From: Thermobaculum sp.
Lineage (GTDB): Bacteria; Chloroflexota; Chloroflexia; Thermobaculales; Thermobaculaceae
Assembly: GCA_016782125.1 (NCBI GenBank)
Contig: JADDPA010000178.1
Span: forward strand, 42,547-106,546
Direction of reading: 5' to 3'
Length of the DNA stretch: 64,000 nt
The translations under genes and the position numbers were made by a program. This document shows, piece after piece, positions 45,791 to 54,059 of the stretch. The notes under the pieces were generated by a model that was given only the letters and a program-made list of their open reading frames with translations, did not search any database and was not told the origin of the DNA. Within the stretch, counting starts at the first letter, position 1; each line of letters starts with the position of its first letter.

Positions 45791-48259
45791 ATGAGCGGCG
45801 AGCGAAGTAGTGAGAGATTCGACAAGTTCACGGAGCGGGCGCGCAAGGTACTGAGCCTAGCGCACGAGGAAGCCGCGCGCTTCAACCACAACTATATTGG
45901 CACCGAGCATTTGCTACTGGGTCTCGTGCGCGAGGGCGATGGCGTTGCTGCCCGCGTGCTTGCGAATATGGGCGTGCAGCTTCAGAAGGTGCGGGCTGCT
46001 GTAGAGTTCATTATCGGCCGCGGTGAACGTGCGCCTCAGGGCGAGATCGGGCTGACGCCACGCGCCCGGCGCGTCATTGAGTTGGCGTTCGATGAAGCCC
46101 GGCGGCAGAACCACCACTACATCGGCACTGAGCACCTGCTACTGGGTCTGGTGCGCGAGGGTGAGGGCATTGCGGCGGGGGTGCTGGAAAGTCTCGGCGT
46201 CAGCCTGGAGAAGGTGCGCGCTCAGGTGATCCAGGTGATCAATCAGAGCAGCTCGTACAGCCAGCAGGGCAAGACGGCGACCAAGACGCCATACATTGAC
46301 GCTCTTGGCACCGACCTTACCGAGGCCGCTCGCAACGATAAGCTTTTCCCGGTGGTTGGCCGCCAGGGGGAGATCGAGCGTGTAATGCAGATTCTCTCGC
46401 GGTTGACGAAAAACAACCCGGCGCTCATCGGTGAGCCCGGCGTTGGCAAGACGGCAATTGTCGAAGGTCTCGCCCAGCGCATCGTGAATCACGAGGTCCC
46501 GGAGACGCTGCTGAACAAGCGGGTGCTTGCGCTCGATATGGGTGCGCTGGTCGCCGGCACGAAGTATCGCGGTGAGTTTGAGGAGCGCCTCAAGAAGATC
46601 ATGGCGGAGATTAAGGACTCTGGCGCGATCCTCTTTATTGATGAGCTGCATACTCTGGTTGGCGCCGGAGCGGCAGAAGGTGCCGTTGATGCGGCCAACA
46701 TCCTCAAGCCAGCCCTGTCTCGCGGTGAGGTCCAGGTCATCGGGGCGACGACGCTGGATGAATACCGCAAGTACATCGAGCGCGATGCAGCGCTCGAGCG
46801 CCGGTTCCAGCCCGTCCAGGTAGATGAGCCGGACACGGAGCAGACCGTCGAGATCTTGCGCGGCGTACGCCCTCGGTATGAGGAGCATCACCGCCTGAAG
46901 ATCTCCGATGAGGCGCTGCACGCAGCGTCGCACCTCGCGGCGCGATATGTCCCGGACCGCTTCATGCCGGACAAGGCGATCGACCTGATTGACGAGGCGT
47001 CGAGCCGGGTGCGGATGTACCGAGCGGTGAGTCCGCCCTCTCTGAAGGACGCGATGCGCCACCTCAAGGCCATCCAGGACGAGAAGGAATCCGCGATCAA
47101 CGCGCAGAACTATGAGATGGCTGCAGACTTCCGCATGCGCGAGGAGCGCTTGCAGGAGCGGATCGATCGATTGCAAAGCGCGTGGCAGGAGGAGCAAAGC
47201 ACGGACGAGCCGTTCGTGACTGAGGAGGACATCAGCCAGGTCGTCAGTATGTGGACGGGGATTCCCCTGACCCGCATTGCTGGCGAGGAGTCAGAGCGGC
47301 TGCTTCAGATGGAGGCGGAGCTGCACGAGCGGATCATCGGACAGGAGGAGGCGATAAAGACCGTCGCCCGCGCTGTCCGTCGCTCGCGCACCGGCATGAA
47401 GGATCCACGCCGGCCGGTTGGTAGCTTCATCTTCCTCGGCCCGACTGGCGTGGGTAAGTCGGAGCTCGCCAAGACACTGGCTGAGTTCATGTTCGGCAGC
47501 GAGGACGCCCTCATCAAGATCGACATGTCCGAGTTCATGGAGCGACACGCGGTTGCCCGCCTGGTTGGCGCGCCTCCTGGATACATCGGATACGAGGAGG
47601 GCGGTCAACTCACGGAGGCAGTGCGGCGTAAGAGCTATTCGGTGATCCTGCTCGACGAGATCGAGAAGGCTCATCCCGAGGCCTTCAACATGCTGCTGCA
47701 GATCCTCGAGGATGGCACGCTGACGGACGCGAAGGGCCGTAAGGTCAACTTCCGCAATACGATCATCATCATGACGAGCAACATCGGTGCAGAATACATC
47801 AACCGCAACACTGGTATCGGTTTCTCGCCGCGGGGCGAGACCGCCGAGATGCAGGAGCGGGAGTATGAGGGGATGCGCGAGCGGGTCACGGATCAGCTCA
47901 AGCAGAACTTCCGGCCCGAGTTCCTGAACCGCATCGACGGCGTGATGGTGTTCCATGCGTTGAAGCCGGAAGAGATTCGCCAGATCGCGGATATCCAGAT
48001 ACAGCGAGTCCGCGAGCAGCTTGCCGAGCAGCAGATCACGATAACGCTGACCGATGAGGCGATGGACATGCTGGCGCGCAAGGGCTACGATCACACCTTC
48101 GGTGCGCGGCCCCTCCGCAGGCTCATCCAGAACGTTATCGAAGATCCTCTGGCCGAGGGAGTGCTCGAAGGGCGCTTCCAGGCAGGATCGAGTGTCGTGG
48201 TGGATGTGCAGGATGGCGAGATTGTCCTGCACCCGGCGGACGAACTGGTTCCGGTCTAG
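45791..48259 (+). CDS. clpC: ATP-dependent Clp protease ATP-binding subunit ClpC
   Basis: ORF 45734..48259. Start moved to ATG 45791 after GGGGGAG. Duplicated Clp_N repeats ([13 protein letters not shown] twice), two AAA+ modules ([18 protein letters not shown]), UVR-like linker. Confidence 0.95.
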   Translation: MSGERSSERFDKFTERARKVLSLAHEEAARFNHNYIGTEHLLLGLVREGDGVAARVLANMGVQLQKVRAAVEFIIGRGERAPQGEIGLTPRARRVIELAFDEARRQNHHYIGTEHLLLGLVREGEGIAAGVLESLGVSLEKVRAQVIQVINQSSSYSQQGKTATKTPYIDALGTDLTEAARNDKLFPVVGRQGEIERVMQILSRLTKNNPALIGEPGVGKTAIVEGLAQRIVNHEVPETLLNKRVLALDMGALVAGTKYRGEFEERLKKIMAEIKDSGAILFIDELHTLVGAGAAEGAVDAANILKPALSRGEVQVIGATTLDEYRKYIERDAALERRFQPVQVDEPDTEQTVEILRGVRPRYEEHHRLKISDEALHAASHLAARYVPDRFMPDKAIDLIDEASSRVRMYRAVSPPSLKDAMRHLKAIQDEKESAINAQNYEMAADFRMREERLQERIDRLQSAWQEEQSTDEPFVTEEDISQVVSMWTGIPLTRIAGEESERLLQMEAELHERIIGQEEAIKTVARAVRRSRTGMKDPRRPVGSFIFLGPTGVGKSELAKTLAEFMFGSEDALIKIDMSEFMERHAVARLVGAPPGYIGYEEGGQLTEAVRRKSYSVILLDEIEKAHPEAFNMLLQILEDGTLTDAKGRKVNFRNTIIIMTSNIGAEYINRNTGIGFSPRGETAEMQEREYEGMRERVTDQLKQNFRPEFLNRIDGVMVFHALKPEEIRQIADIQIQRVREQLAEQQITITLTDEAMDMLARKGYDHTFGARPLRRLIQNVIEDPLAEGVLEGRFQAGSSVVVDVQDGEIVLHPADELVPV

Positions 48260-48280
48260 TACAAGCGGACCAAACAACAC

Positions 48281-48326
48281 ATACAATCAAGCGAGGCAGG
48301 GGATAACCCGCCTCGCTTGATTGTAT
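48281..48326 (+). terminator. Long perfect hairpin downstream of clpC (17 bp plus 3 bp stem)
   Basis: ATACAATCAAGCGAGGC (48281-48297) pairs perfectly with GCCTCGCTTGATTGTAT (48310-48326). An inner GGG/CCC pair closes an ATAA loop. No clear U-tract. Confidence 0.5.
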
Positions 48327-48433
48327 TATGCGCTGGAACAGACTCAGAGACTACCACGGCGCGTGATGCAATTGACTGAATCGGTACGCCTCAGGACGGG
48401 GCGTTGGGGTAAACGACAAGCGGTTGGTACGGT

Positions 48434-49819
48434 ATGCCAAAGACAAAGACAGTATACGTTTGTAATAGCTGCGGGACGATCAGCCCGAAATGGCAGGGAC
48501 GGTGCCCGGACTGCGGTGAGTGGAACACCTACGTCGAAACGGCGGATGCTCCCAAGGTGATCGGCGCTTCAACATCTGCGCTGCCCGCCCAAGCGCAGCA
48601 GCTCACCGCCGTTAGTACGGACGGATTGGCACGATATCCAATATCGCTTGGCGAGATGAGCCGTGTGCTCGGCGGCGGCGTCGTACCAGGCTCGCTGGTG
48701 CTTATCGGCGGCGACCCGGGCGTAGGGAAGAGCACACTCCTGCTGCAGGTTGCCTCGCTGATGTGCGCCACACTTCCCAGTGTCCTCTATGTTTCCGGCG
48801 AGGAGTCGATCCACCAGATACGGCTGCGAGCCTCACGCCTTGGGCCGATCCCGGAGAGTTTGTGGGTGCTGTCGGAGACGAGTATTGGTGCGATCGCAGA
48901 TCATATCCAGCGGTCGAGTCCGGGACTGGTCATTGTCGACTCAATTCAAACGATGTACTCGGAGCAAGTCGAATCGGCCGCGGGCAGTGTGAGCCAGGTG
49001 CGGGACTGCACGATGGCGCTGATGCGGCTGGCCAAGGGAAGCGGCGTTCCTATCTTCCTCGTCGGCCACGTCACGAAGGAGGGCGCGATCGCGGGGCCGC
49101 GGGTGCTCGAACACATAGTCGACACCGTGCTCTACCTGGAGGGCGACCGCTTCCACCAGTTCCGCCTGTTGCGCGCCGCAAAGAATCGTTATGGTTCCAC
49201 AAACGAGGTCGGCGTTTTCGAGATGACGCAGGAGGGTCTCGAAGAGGTCCCCAACCCATCCGAGGCATTTCTCTCGGAGCGACCAGAGGACACCGTTGGA
49301 TCATGCGTGGGCGTGCTGATGGAAGGGTCCCGACCGCTGCTCGTGGAGGTGCAGGCCCTGACGAGCTACTCCGGAAGTGGTCTTGCGCGCCGCACGGGGA
49401 ATGGCCTCGACTATAATCGTCTCCTCCTGCTGACCGCGGTACTTGGCAAGCGGGTGGGGGTCGCGCTTGGCGACCAGGATATCTACGTCAACGTTGTCGG
49501 CGGCCTGCGGCTTGAAGAGCCGGCTGCGGACCTTGCGGTAGCGGTTGCCATTGCTTCGAGTGCTTCCGGCCGTGCGGTCCGGCCTGAGACCGTGCACATC
49601 GGTGAGGTCGGGCTATCAGGCGAGTTGCGGAGTGTTCCGCATCTGGAGCGTCGGCTGGCTGAATCGGCGAAACTCGGGTACACGCGTGCCGTGTGCTCGC
49701 GCACAGCACGCAAGCAACAGGCACCGGCGGGACTGCAACTGGTTCAGGCTGCGACGCTGGCTGAGGCGATAGGCCACTCACTGGAAGCGCCACAGCAGGC
49801 GAGACGGATCACCGGGTAG
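48434..49819 (+). CDS. radA: DNA repair protein RadA/Sms
   Basis: N-terminal zinc finger CNSCG...CPDCGEWNT, Walker A GGDPGVGKST, KNRYG motif, Lon-like C-terminus. Confidence 0.95.
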   Translation: MPKTKTVYVCNSCGTISPKWQGRCPDCGEWNTYVETADAPKVIGASTSALPAQAQQLTAVSTDGLARYPISLGEMSRVLGGGVVPGSLVLIGGDPGVGKSTLLLQVASLMCATLPSVLYVSGEESIHQIRLRASRLGPIPESLWVLSETSIGAIADHIQRSSPGLVIVDSIQTMYSEQVESAAGSVSQVRDCTMALMRLAKGSGVPIFLVGHVTKEGAIAGPRVLEHIVDTVLYLEGDRFHQFRLLRAAKNRYGSTNEVGVFEMTQEGLEEVPNPSEAFLSERPEDTVGSCVGVLMEGSRPLLVEVQALTSYSGSGLARRTGNGLDYNRLLLLTAVLGKRVGVALGDQDIYVNVVGGLRLEEPAADLAVAVAIASSASGRAVRPETVHIGEVGLSGELRSVPHLERRLAESAKLGYTRAVCSRTARKQQAPAGLQLVQAATLAEAIGHSLEAPQQARRITG

Positions 49820-49847
49820 GATGCGCCGGCATCAACCAAGTGGCGGA

Positions 49848-50996
49848 TTAGGCAGCACTGCCACCCTTCGAGTGCGCCAAATCGAGGAGCAGGTCGGCGA
49901 TCTTCATCTCAGCGTCCGCGAGTCCAAGTCCCTGCGCGGCTCGAGACATCGCACCGAGCCGGCTGGGGGCGGCCAGTGCGTCACGCACCAGCGAAACCAA
50001 CCGATCTGGTGACATCTCGGACTCCTCGAGTACCAGCGCGGCTCCCGCCTCCGCCAGGCGGCGTGCGTTCTGACGCTGCTCGTCTCCCGCAGCGTGGGGA
50101 AGGGGAATGAGAATCGAGGGCTTGCCGAGGGCGGCAAGCTCATTCACCGTGCCCGCGCCCGCCCTGCCAATCACGAGATTGGCGAGTGCGTACACCTCGC
50201 CAATTTCCTGCCCGACGTATTGAAGCAACGCGTACCGGGACCGGAGTCGGTTGTCGAGCTCGAGCGTCCTGCGGGCAAGCGCCTCGTGGTCGGCGCGTGT
50301 CCCCTCGGAGTCACCGCACTGATGGATCACTTGCGCGGCCCGCAGGAGTGGCTCGAGACCCCTGAGGACCGCCTGGTTTATGGCGTGCGACCCTTGTGCT
50401 CCGCCTGTGATATAAACGGTTGGCTCAGCTGTATCAAACCGAAATCGGCGGGCGGCAGTCTCCCGGTCACCAGCGCGGACAACGGAACGTACCGGATTGC
50501 CGGTGATCACCCAGTTCGCCGTGCGCAGGCGCGCTTCCGAACCCGGGATTGAGAGCGCGATCTTGGTTGCGAATCGGGCGTTGATTCGGTTCGCGAGGCC
50601 GAGTGTACCTGTCTGCTCGTGGATGAGGACCGGTTTGCGTAGTATCCACGCCGCGATAACGGTCGGGACGGAGACGTACCCGCCCGTCGCGAGCACGGCG
50701 TGTGGCCTGAAGCGCAACAGGTGAACAAGGGCCTGGAGGATGCCCAGAGGCACCCGCCCGGTATCGACGAGATTCTCGAATGACGCGTACCTTCGGAGCT
50801 TGCCGGTGCTCACAGCGGCATAGCGCACACCCAGCACCGGGATGATTCGTGCTTCCGTGCCGGACTTGCTCCCAAGATAGAGAATCTGCGGCGACGGTGA
50901 GCGCCGCTGCAGGTTTTCGATCACGGCAACAGCGGGGCTGACGTGTCCCCCGGTGCCGCCACCAGTGATGGCGAGGCGAGGTCGAACGGGCATCAT
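49848..50996 (-). CDS. murG: Lipid II synthase MurG (UDP-GlcNAc transferase)
   Basis: ORF 49848..51023. Start moved to ATG 50996 (MMPVRPRLAITGGGTGGHVSPAVAV) because a TATAAT box lies 6 nt upstream. Confidence 0.9.
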   Translation of the reverse strand: MMPVRPRLAITGGGTGGHVSPAVAVIENLQRRSPSPQILYLGSKSGTEARIIPVLGVRYAAVSTGKLRRYASFENLVDTGRVPLGILQALVHLLRFRPHAVLATGGYVSVPTVIAAWILRKPVLIHEQTGTLGLANRINARFATKIALSIPGSEARLRTANWVITGNPVRSVVRAGDRETAARRFRFDTAEPTVYITGGAQGSHAINQAVLRGLEPLLRAAQVIHQCGDSEGTRADHEALARRTLELDNRLRSRYALLQYVGQEIGEVYALANLVIGRAGAGTVNELAALGKPSILIPLPHAAGDEQRQNARRLAEAGAALVLEESEMSPDRLVSLVRDALAAPSRLGAMSRAAQGLGLADAEMKIADLLLDLAHSKGGSAA

Positions 50997-51002
50997 AGGA
51001 CC

Positions 51003-51008
51003 ATTATA
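51003..51008 (-). promoter_or_regulatory. -10 box TATAAT (minus strand) 6 nt upstream of the murG ATG (leaderless geometry)
   Basis: Plus-strand ATTATA at 51003-51008. No SD between it and ATG 50996. Confidence 0.45.
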
Positions 51009-51042
51009 GAACGCCGCGCCCAAAGGGGGCGTAGGAGCCGTG

Positions 51043-51051
51043 TGTTATAAT
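51043..51051 (+). promoter_or_regulatory. Extended -10 promoter (TGtTATAAT) for the dksA-like/lspA/rluD genes
   Basis: TGT-TATAAT at 51043-51051. GGAGGAG SD 7 nt before ATG 51087. Confidence 0.45.
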
Positions 51052-51086
51052 CCCCAAGCCCAATTACCGTTTGGAGGAGTTGACGC

Positions 51087-51470
51087 ATGGCTATTTCTAC
51101 AGAGCGATACAGCGCGTTGCACACGCGGTTGACTGAAGAGCGGGACCGCCTGACCCAGGAGGTCGGTGACCTCCGGCAGGAGGTGCTTGATTATACCGAG
51201 GATCTCCGGGACGAAGATCGTAGCTACGGCAACCACATGGCCGATGATGCGACGAACACGTTCGAGCAGGAGCGTCAGGCGGCGCTACAGCGTAACCTCG
51301 AGACCGTCCTGATCGAGGTGAATGACGCACTTGCCCGCATGGATGCCGGTACGTATGGGACCTGCGTCGATTGTGGCAAGGAAATCCCTATCGAGCGCCT
51401 CGAGGCACGACCGTATGCGATTCGCTGTATCGAGGATCAGGAGCGAGAGGATCGCCTCGGCAAGCAGTAG
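51087..51470 (+). CDS. TraR/DksA-family C4-type zinc-finger protein (YteA-like)
   Basis: 127-aa ORF. Coiled-coil N-terminus. C-terminus GTCVDCGKEIPIERLEARPYAIRC. Confidence 0.85.
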   Translation: MAISTERYSALHTRLTEERDRLTQEVGDLRQEVLDYTEDLRDEDRSYGNHMADDATNTFEQERQAALQRNLETVLIEVNDALARMDAGTYGTCVDCGKEIPIERLEARPYAIRCIEDQEREDRLGKQ

Positions 51471-51476
51471 GCAGGA

Positions 51477-52019
51477 GTGGTGCGCACACTCATGACCCGG
51501 CGGCCCCTGGTTCTGCTCTATGCTACGGCCCTTATTGTGATCGTGGCGGACCAACTCAGCAAGGCATGGGTGCTGCAGCTTCTCGGCAACCGGGAGGGAA
51601 GTTATCGGCCCGTGCTCGATGATTTGCTCTGGCTGCGGCTGGTCCATAACTCCGGTGCTGCCTTCGGCATGTTGAGCAGCGCGTCTCTGCTTTTCGCCTT
51701 AGCGGCTGCTGGAGTGGCCATTGGCATACTCGTCTATTCCCGACGACTCGCTAACGCCAACTGGCTGGTGCGGATGGGCCTCGGGCTGGAACTCGGCGGG
51801 GCACTCGGGAACCTCATCGACCGTATTCGATTCGGCTATGTGGTCGATTTCATCGATGTCCGTATTGAACCTCGACTCTGGCCGTTCGTGTTCAACGTCG
51901 CGGATGCTGCGATAACAGTCGGGGTGGTGCTCCTGCTCTTTACTGTGTTTAGACCAGAACCTCACGCCAATCCGAGTGCCGCGTCGGGGGAGGCCCGGTC
52001 CGGTGAACGACCAGCCTGA
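51477..52019 (+). CDS. lspA: Lipoprotein signal peptidase II
   Basis: Motifs NSGAAFG and FNVADAAI, four TM segments. Exact start (GTG 51477/51480 or ATG 51492) is uncertain. Confidence 0.88.
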   Translation: MVRTLMTRRPLVLLYATALIVIVADQLSKAWVLQLLGNREGSYRPVLDDLLWLRLVHNSGAAFGMLSSASLLFALAAAGVAIGILVYSRRLANANWLVRMGLGLELGGALGNLIDRIRFGYVVDFIDVRIEPRLWPFVFNVADAAITVGVVLLLFTVFRPEPHANPSAASGEARSGERPA

Positions 52020-52959
52020 GCTGTCTGCAAGATTTCTGGCCGAGCCCGAGACCGCAGACCAGCGGCTAGACGTCGTCATCAGTGCCAAACAAGGTGTGTC
52101 TCGGTCCCAGGCGCGGGCAGCGATTTTGCGCGGCGATGTCCTGCTGAACGGCTCTCCGGTAAAGCCTTCGGTGCGACTACAGCCGGGTGACGAGGTTACG
52201 GTGCTTGGTAATCACTCGGCACTGGCCGTCGCTCGCCTCGAACCCGAGGACATCCCGCTCAAGGTTGTGTACGAGGACGAAGATCTCGTCGTGATCGAGA
52301 AGCCCGCGGGGATGGTCGTGCATCCGTCCGCGGGACACTCGTCCGGCACGCTGGTTCACGCGCTATTGGCCCGCTATCCCGAGTTGCGAAGTGGCGATGC
52401 GCGCCCGGGCGACGAGGAGCGACCGGGGATCGTTCACCGGCTCGACAAGGACACAAGCGGGCTGATGCTCGTCGCGCGCACTCAGCACAGCCTTGGTTAT
52501 CTCCAATCCGCGATGCACGATCGGCGAGTGCTCAAGGAGTATACCCTGCTGTGTTGTGGTCCCCTCGATCCCGCGTCCGCACGAATCGAAGCACCGATTG
52601 GCCGCCATCCCGGAAACCGTCTGAAGATGGCAGTGGTTAGCACGGGACGCCCGTCGGTTACCGAGTATGAAACATTGCAGGCACTGCCGCAGCATACCCT
52701 CACGCTGGCTCGCCTCCACACCGGTCGTACGCACCAGATTCGGGTGCACTTTGCCTCCATTGGTCGCCCGATAGCGGGTGACAGCCTCTATGGTGGCTGT
52801 GCGGCGCCTGGGCTGGACAGACAGTTTCTCCATGCGTCGCGCCTCGGGCTGACGCTCCCCAATGGCCGGTGTGCGGAGTGGCGGAGCGCGCTTCCGGAGG
52901 ACCTTGCAGAGTGCCTGTTGGCAATTGGTGCACAGGTCCCGACCGCCGCGAGCGGGTAA
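52003..52959 (+). CDS. rluD: RluA-family 23S rRNA pseudouridine synthase (RluD-like) with S4 domain
   Basis: ORF 51976..52959. Start moved to GTG 52003, 9 nt after GGGGGAGG. Catalytic motif HRLDKDTSG. Confidence 0.88.
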   Translation: MNDQPELSARFLAEPETADQRLDVVISAKQGVSRSQARAAILRGDVLLNGSPVKPSVRLQPGDEVTVLGNHSALAVARLEPEDIPLKVVYEDEDLVVIEKPAGMVVHPSAGHSSGTLVHALLARYPELRSGDARPGDEERPGIVHRLDKDTSGLMLVARTQHSLGYLQSAMHDRRVLKEYTLLCCGPLDPASARIEAPIGRHPGNRLKMAVVSTGRPSVTEYETLQALPQHTLTLARLHTGRTHQIRVHFASIGRPIAGDSLYGGCAAPGLDRQFLHASRLGLTLPNGRCAEWRSALPEDLAECLLAIGAQVPTAASG

Positions 52960-52967
52960 TCGCGGCG
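52944..52967 (+). terminator. Hairpin spanning the rluD stop codon
   Basis: CGCCGCGA (52944-52951) pairs with TCGCGGCG (52960-52967), loop GCGGGTAA. No U-tract. Confidence 0.3.
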
Positions 52968-53226
52968 ACTCGACGAATGCACCTTTTTCCGATCGATTTG
53001 TGAGGCGCTGTAAAAAGGCGGCTTAGCGGTAACACGAAGTGCACCCGTGTGGTAGCTATCGCGCATTATCACCGTTCCCGTCCGGGCTAGCCGGTGATTG
53101 CGTGACGCAGAACACCTCTTGCTCTATGGGAATAATGCTGGCACTTCATGTGATTAATCTGTGCAGGTCCCCTCGCGATCTCGAGCGTCGCAGGGGCAAC
53201 ATCGAGCGCGATTCAGGAGGAACAAA

Positions 53227-53643
53227 ATGCCCAAGAGAGATAGACTGTCTCCAGGCGCCGTTAGCCTGCTGCAAGAGCCTCAACTGGCGCACATGACCAC
53301 GCTGATGCCCGACGGTTCGCCACAGACGACTCCGGTCTGGGTCGATGTGGAGCCTGATGGTGGCCACGTGCTCGTCAACACCGCGGATACTCGGCTCAAG
53401 GTCGGAAACGTTGAGCGGGATCCAAGGGTCTCGATCACTGTTGCGGATCGGGGCAACGATTGGCGATTCGCCCTGGTGCGCGGCAATGTGGTGGAGCTGC
53501 GGCACGAGGGCGCGGACGAGCATATCGACAAGCTGGCGAAGAAATACCTGGGCCAGGACACGTACCCTTTTCGGAACCCGGCTGAACGACGGGTCATTCT
53601 CCGCATAAAGCCAAATCATGTGCTCGAGCAGGGCACGGGATAG
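53227..53643 (+). CDS. PPOX-class (pyridoxamine 5'-phosphate oxidase-like / F420-dependent) family protein
   Basis: ORF 53161..53643. Start moved to ATG 53227 after AGGAGGAACAAA. Pattern LAHMTTLMPDGSPQTTPVW...NTA..R.K..N...DPRVS. Confidence 0.78.
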   Translation: MPKRDRLSPGAVSLLQEPQLAHMTTLMPDGSPQTTPVWVDVEPDGGHVLVNTADTRLKVGNVERDPRVSITVADRGNDWRFALVRGNVVELRHEGADEHIDKLAKKYLGQDTYPFRNPAERRVILRIKPNHVLEQGTG

Positions 53644-53678
53644 CTAGCGGTCTTCAGAGTCTTCGGCGAAGGAAGTAG

Positions 53679-53720
53679 CACGAACTACGGGCGGTTCTTC
53701 GCAGCCACCCGTAGTTCGTG
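53679..53720 (+). terminator. 13-bp perfect hairpin terminating the PPOX-family gene
   Basis: CACGAACTACGGG (53679-53691) pairs with CCCGTAGTTCGTG (53708-53720), followed by TTCGTTG. Confidence 0.6.
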
Positions 53721-53793
53721 TTCGTTGCACACGGCAGGGCTGATCTCAGATTTGAACACCACCTCGGATGAGGGCAGCTTGTACCGGATCCAT

Positions 53794-53820
53794 GCTTCGG
53801 GCTGCTGGCATAGCCGAAGC
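53794..53820 (+). other. Hairpin abutting the -35 box of the DAHP-synthase leader promoter
   Basis: GCTTCGG(G)CT pairs with AGCCGAAGC (9 bp, one bulge), ending 1 nt before TTGACG. Role unknown (insulating terminator or operator). Confidence 0.35.
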
Positions 53821-53849
53821 TTGACGCGACGCACCGGTGACGCTACACT
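53821..53849 (+). promoter_or_regulatory. Promoter TTGACG-17 nt-TACACT driving the DAHP synthase leader
   Basis: -35 at 53821-53826, -10 at 53844-53849. ATG at 53857 is 7 nt after the -10, so the transcript would start at or next to the start codon. Confidence 0.5.
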
Positions 53850-53856
53850 AACGGCT

Positions 53857-53943
53857 ATGAAGCAGTCCGTGGTAAACGTCAACTATGCATGGTTTACGTT
53901 CCGGCCCGCCCCCGACGGGGTTGGCTGGTCGTTCGTGAGCTGA
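53857..53943 (+). CDS. Candidate leader peptide MKQSVVNVNYAWFTFRPAPDGVGWSFVS (28 codons, 6 aromatic)
   Basis: C-terminal part of track ORF 53725..53943. Run TAT GCA TGG TTT ACG TTC at 53884-53901. Followed by alternative GC-rich pairings and a terminator. Confidence 0.45.
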   Translation: MKQSVVNVNYAWFTFRPAPDGVGWSFVS

Positions 53944-53984
53944 TGATTTAGCCACCGACACCAACCAAACAAGTCGTGGGGGAG

Positions 53985-54009
53985 CAGGGGCAAAAGCCTC
54001 TGTTTTTTT
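53985..54009 (+). terminator. Intrinsic terminator (attenuator) in the DAHP synthase leader
   Basis: CAGGGGC (53985-53991), loop AAAA, GCCTCTG (53996-54002), then seven T (54003-54009), 50 nt upstream of the gene start. Confidence 0.65.
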
Positions 54010-54059
54010 GTGTCCGCGGGATTGGCAACTGCGTGGGCGAGCACAGGGAGGATTGGTCC

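Noticed and set aside
53725-53943. The full 72-aa track ORF upstream of DAHP synthase, read as a protein-coding gene.
   Set aside because: The N-terminal two thirds run across the hairpin and the promoter elements (53794-53849) and have no SD. Only the last 28 codons, which start right after the -10 box, make sense as a leader peptide.
53721-53985. A T-box riboswitch as an alternative explanation for the terminator upstream of DAHP synthase.
   Set aside because: I could not find the conserved T-box sequence (AA...GGGUGG.ACCGCG) before the terminator, or Stem I specifier/K-turn features. A promoter at 53821-53849 would leave too short a leader.
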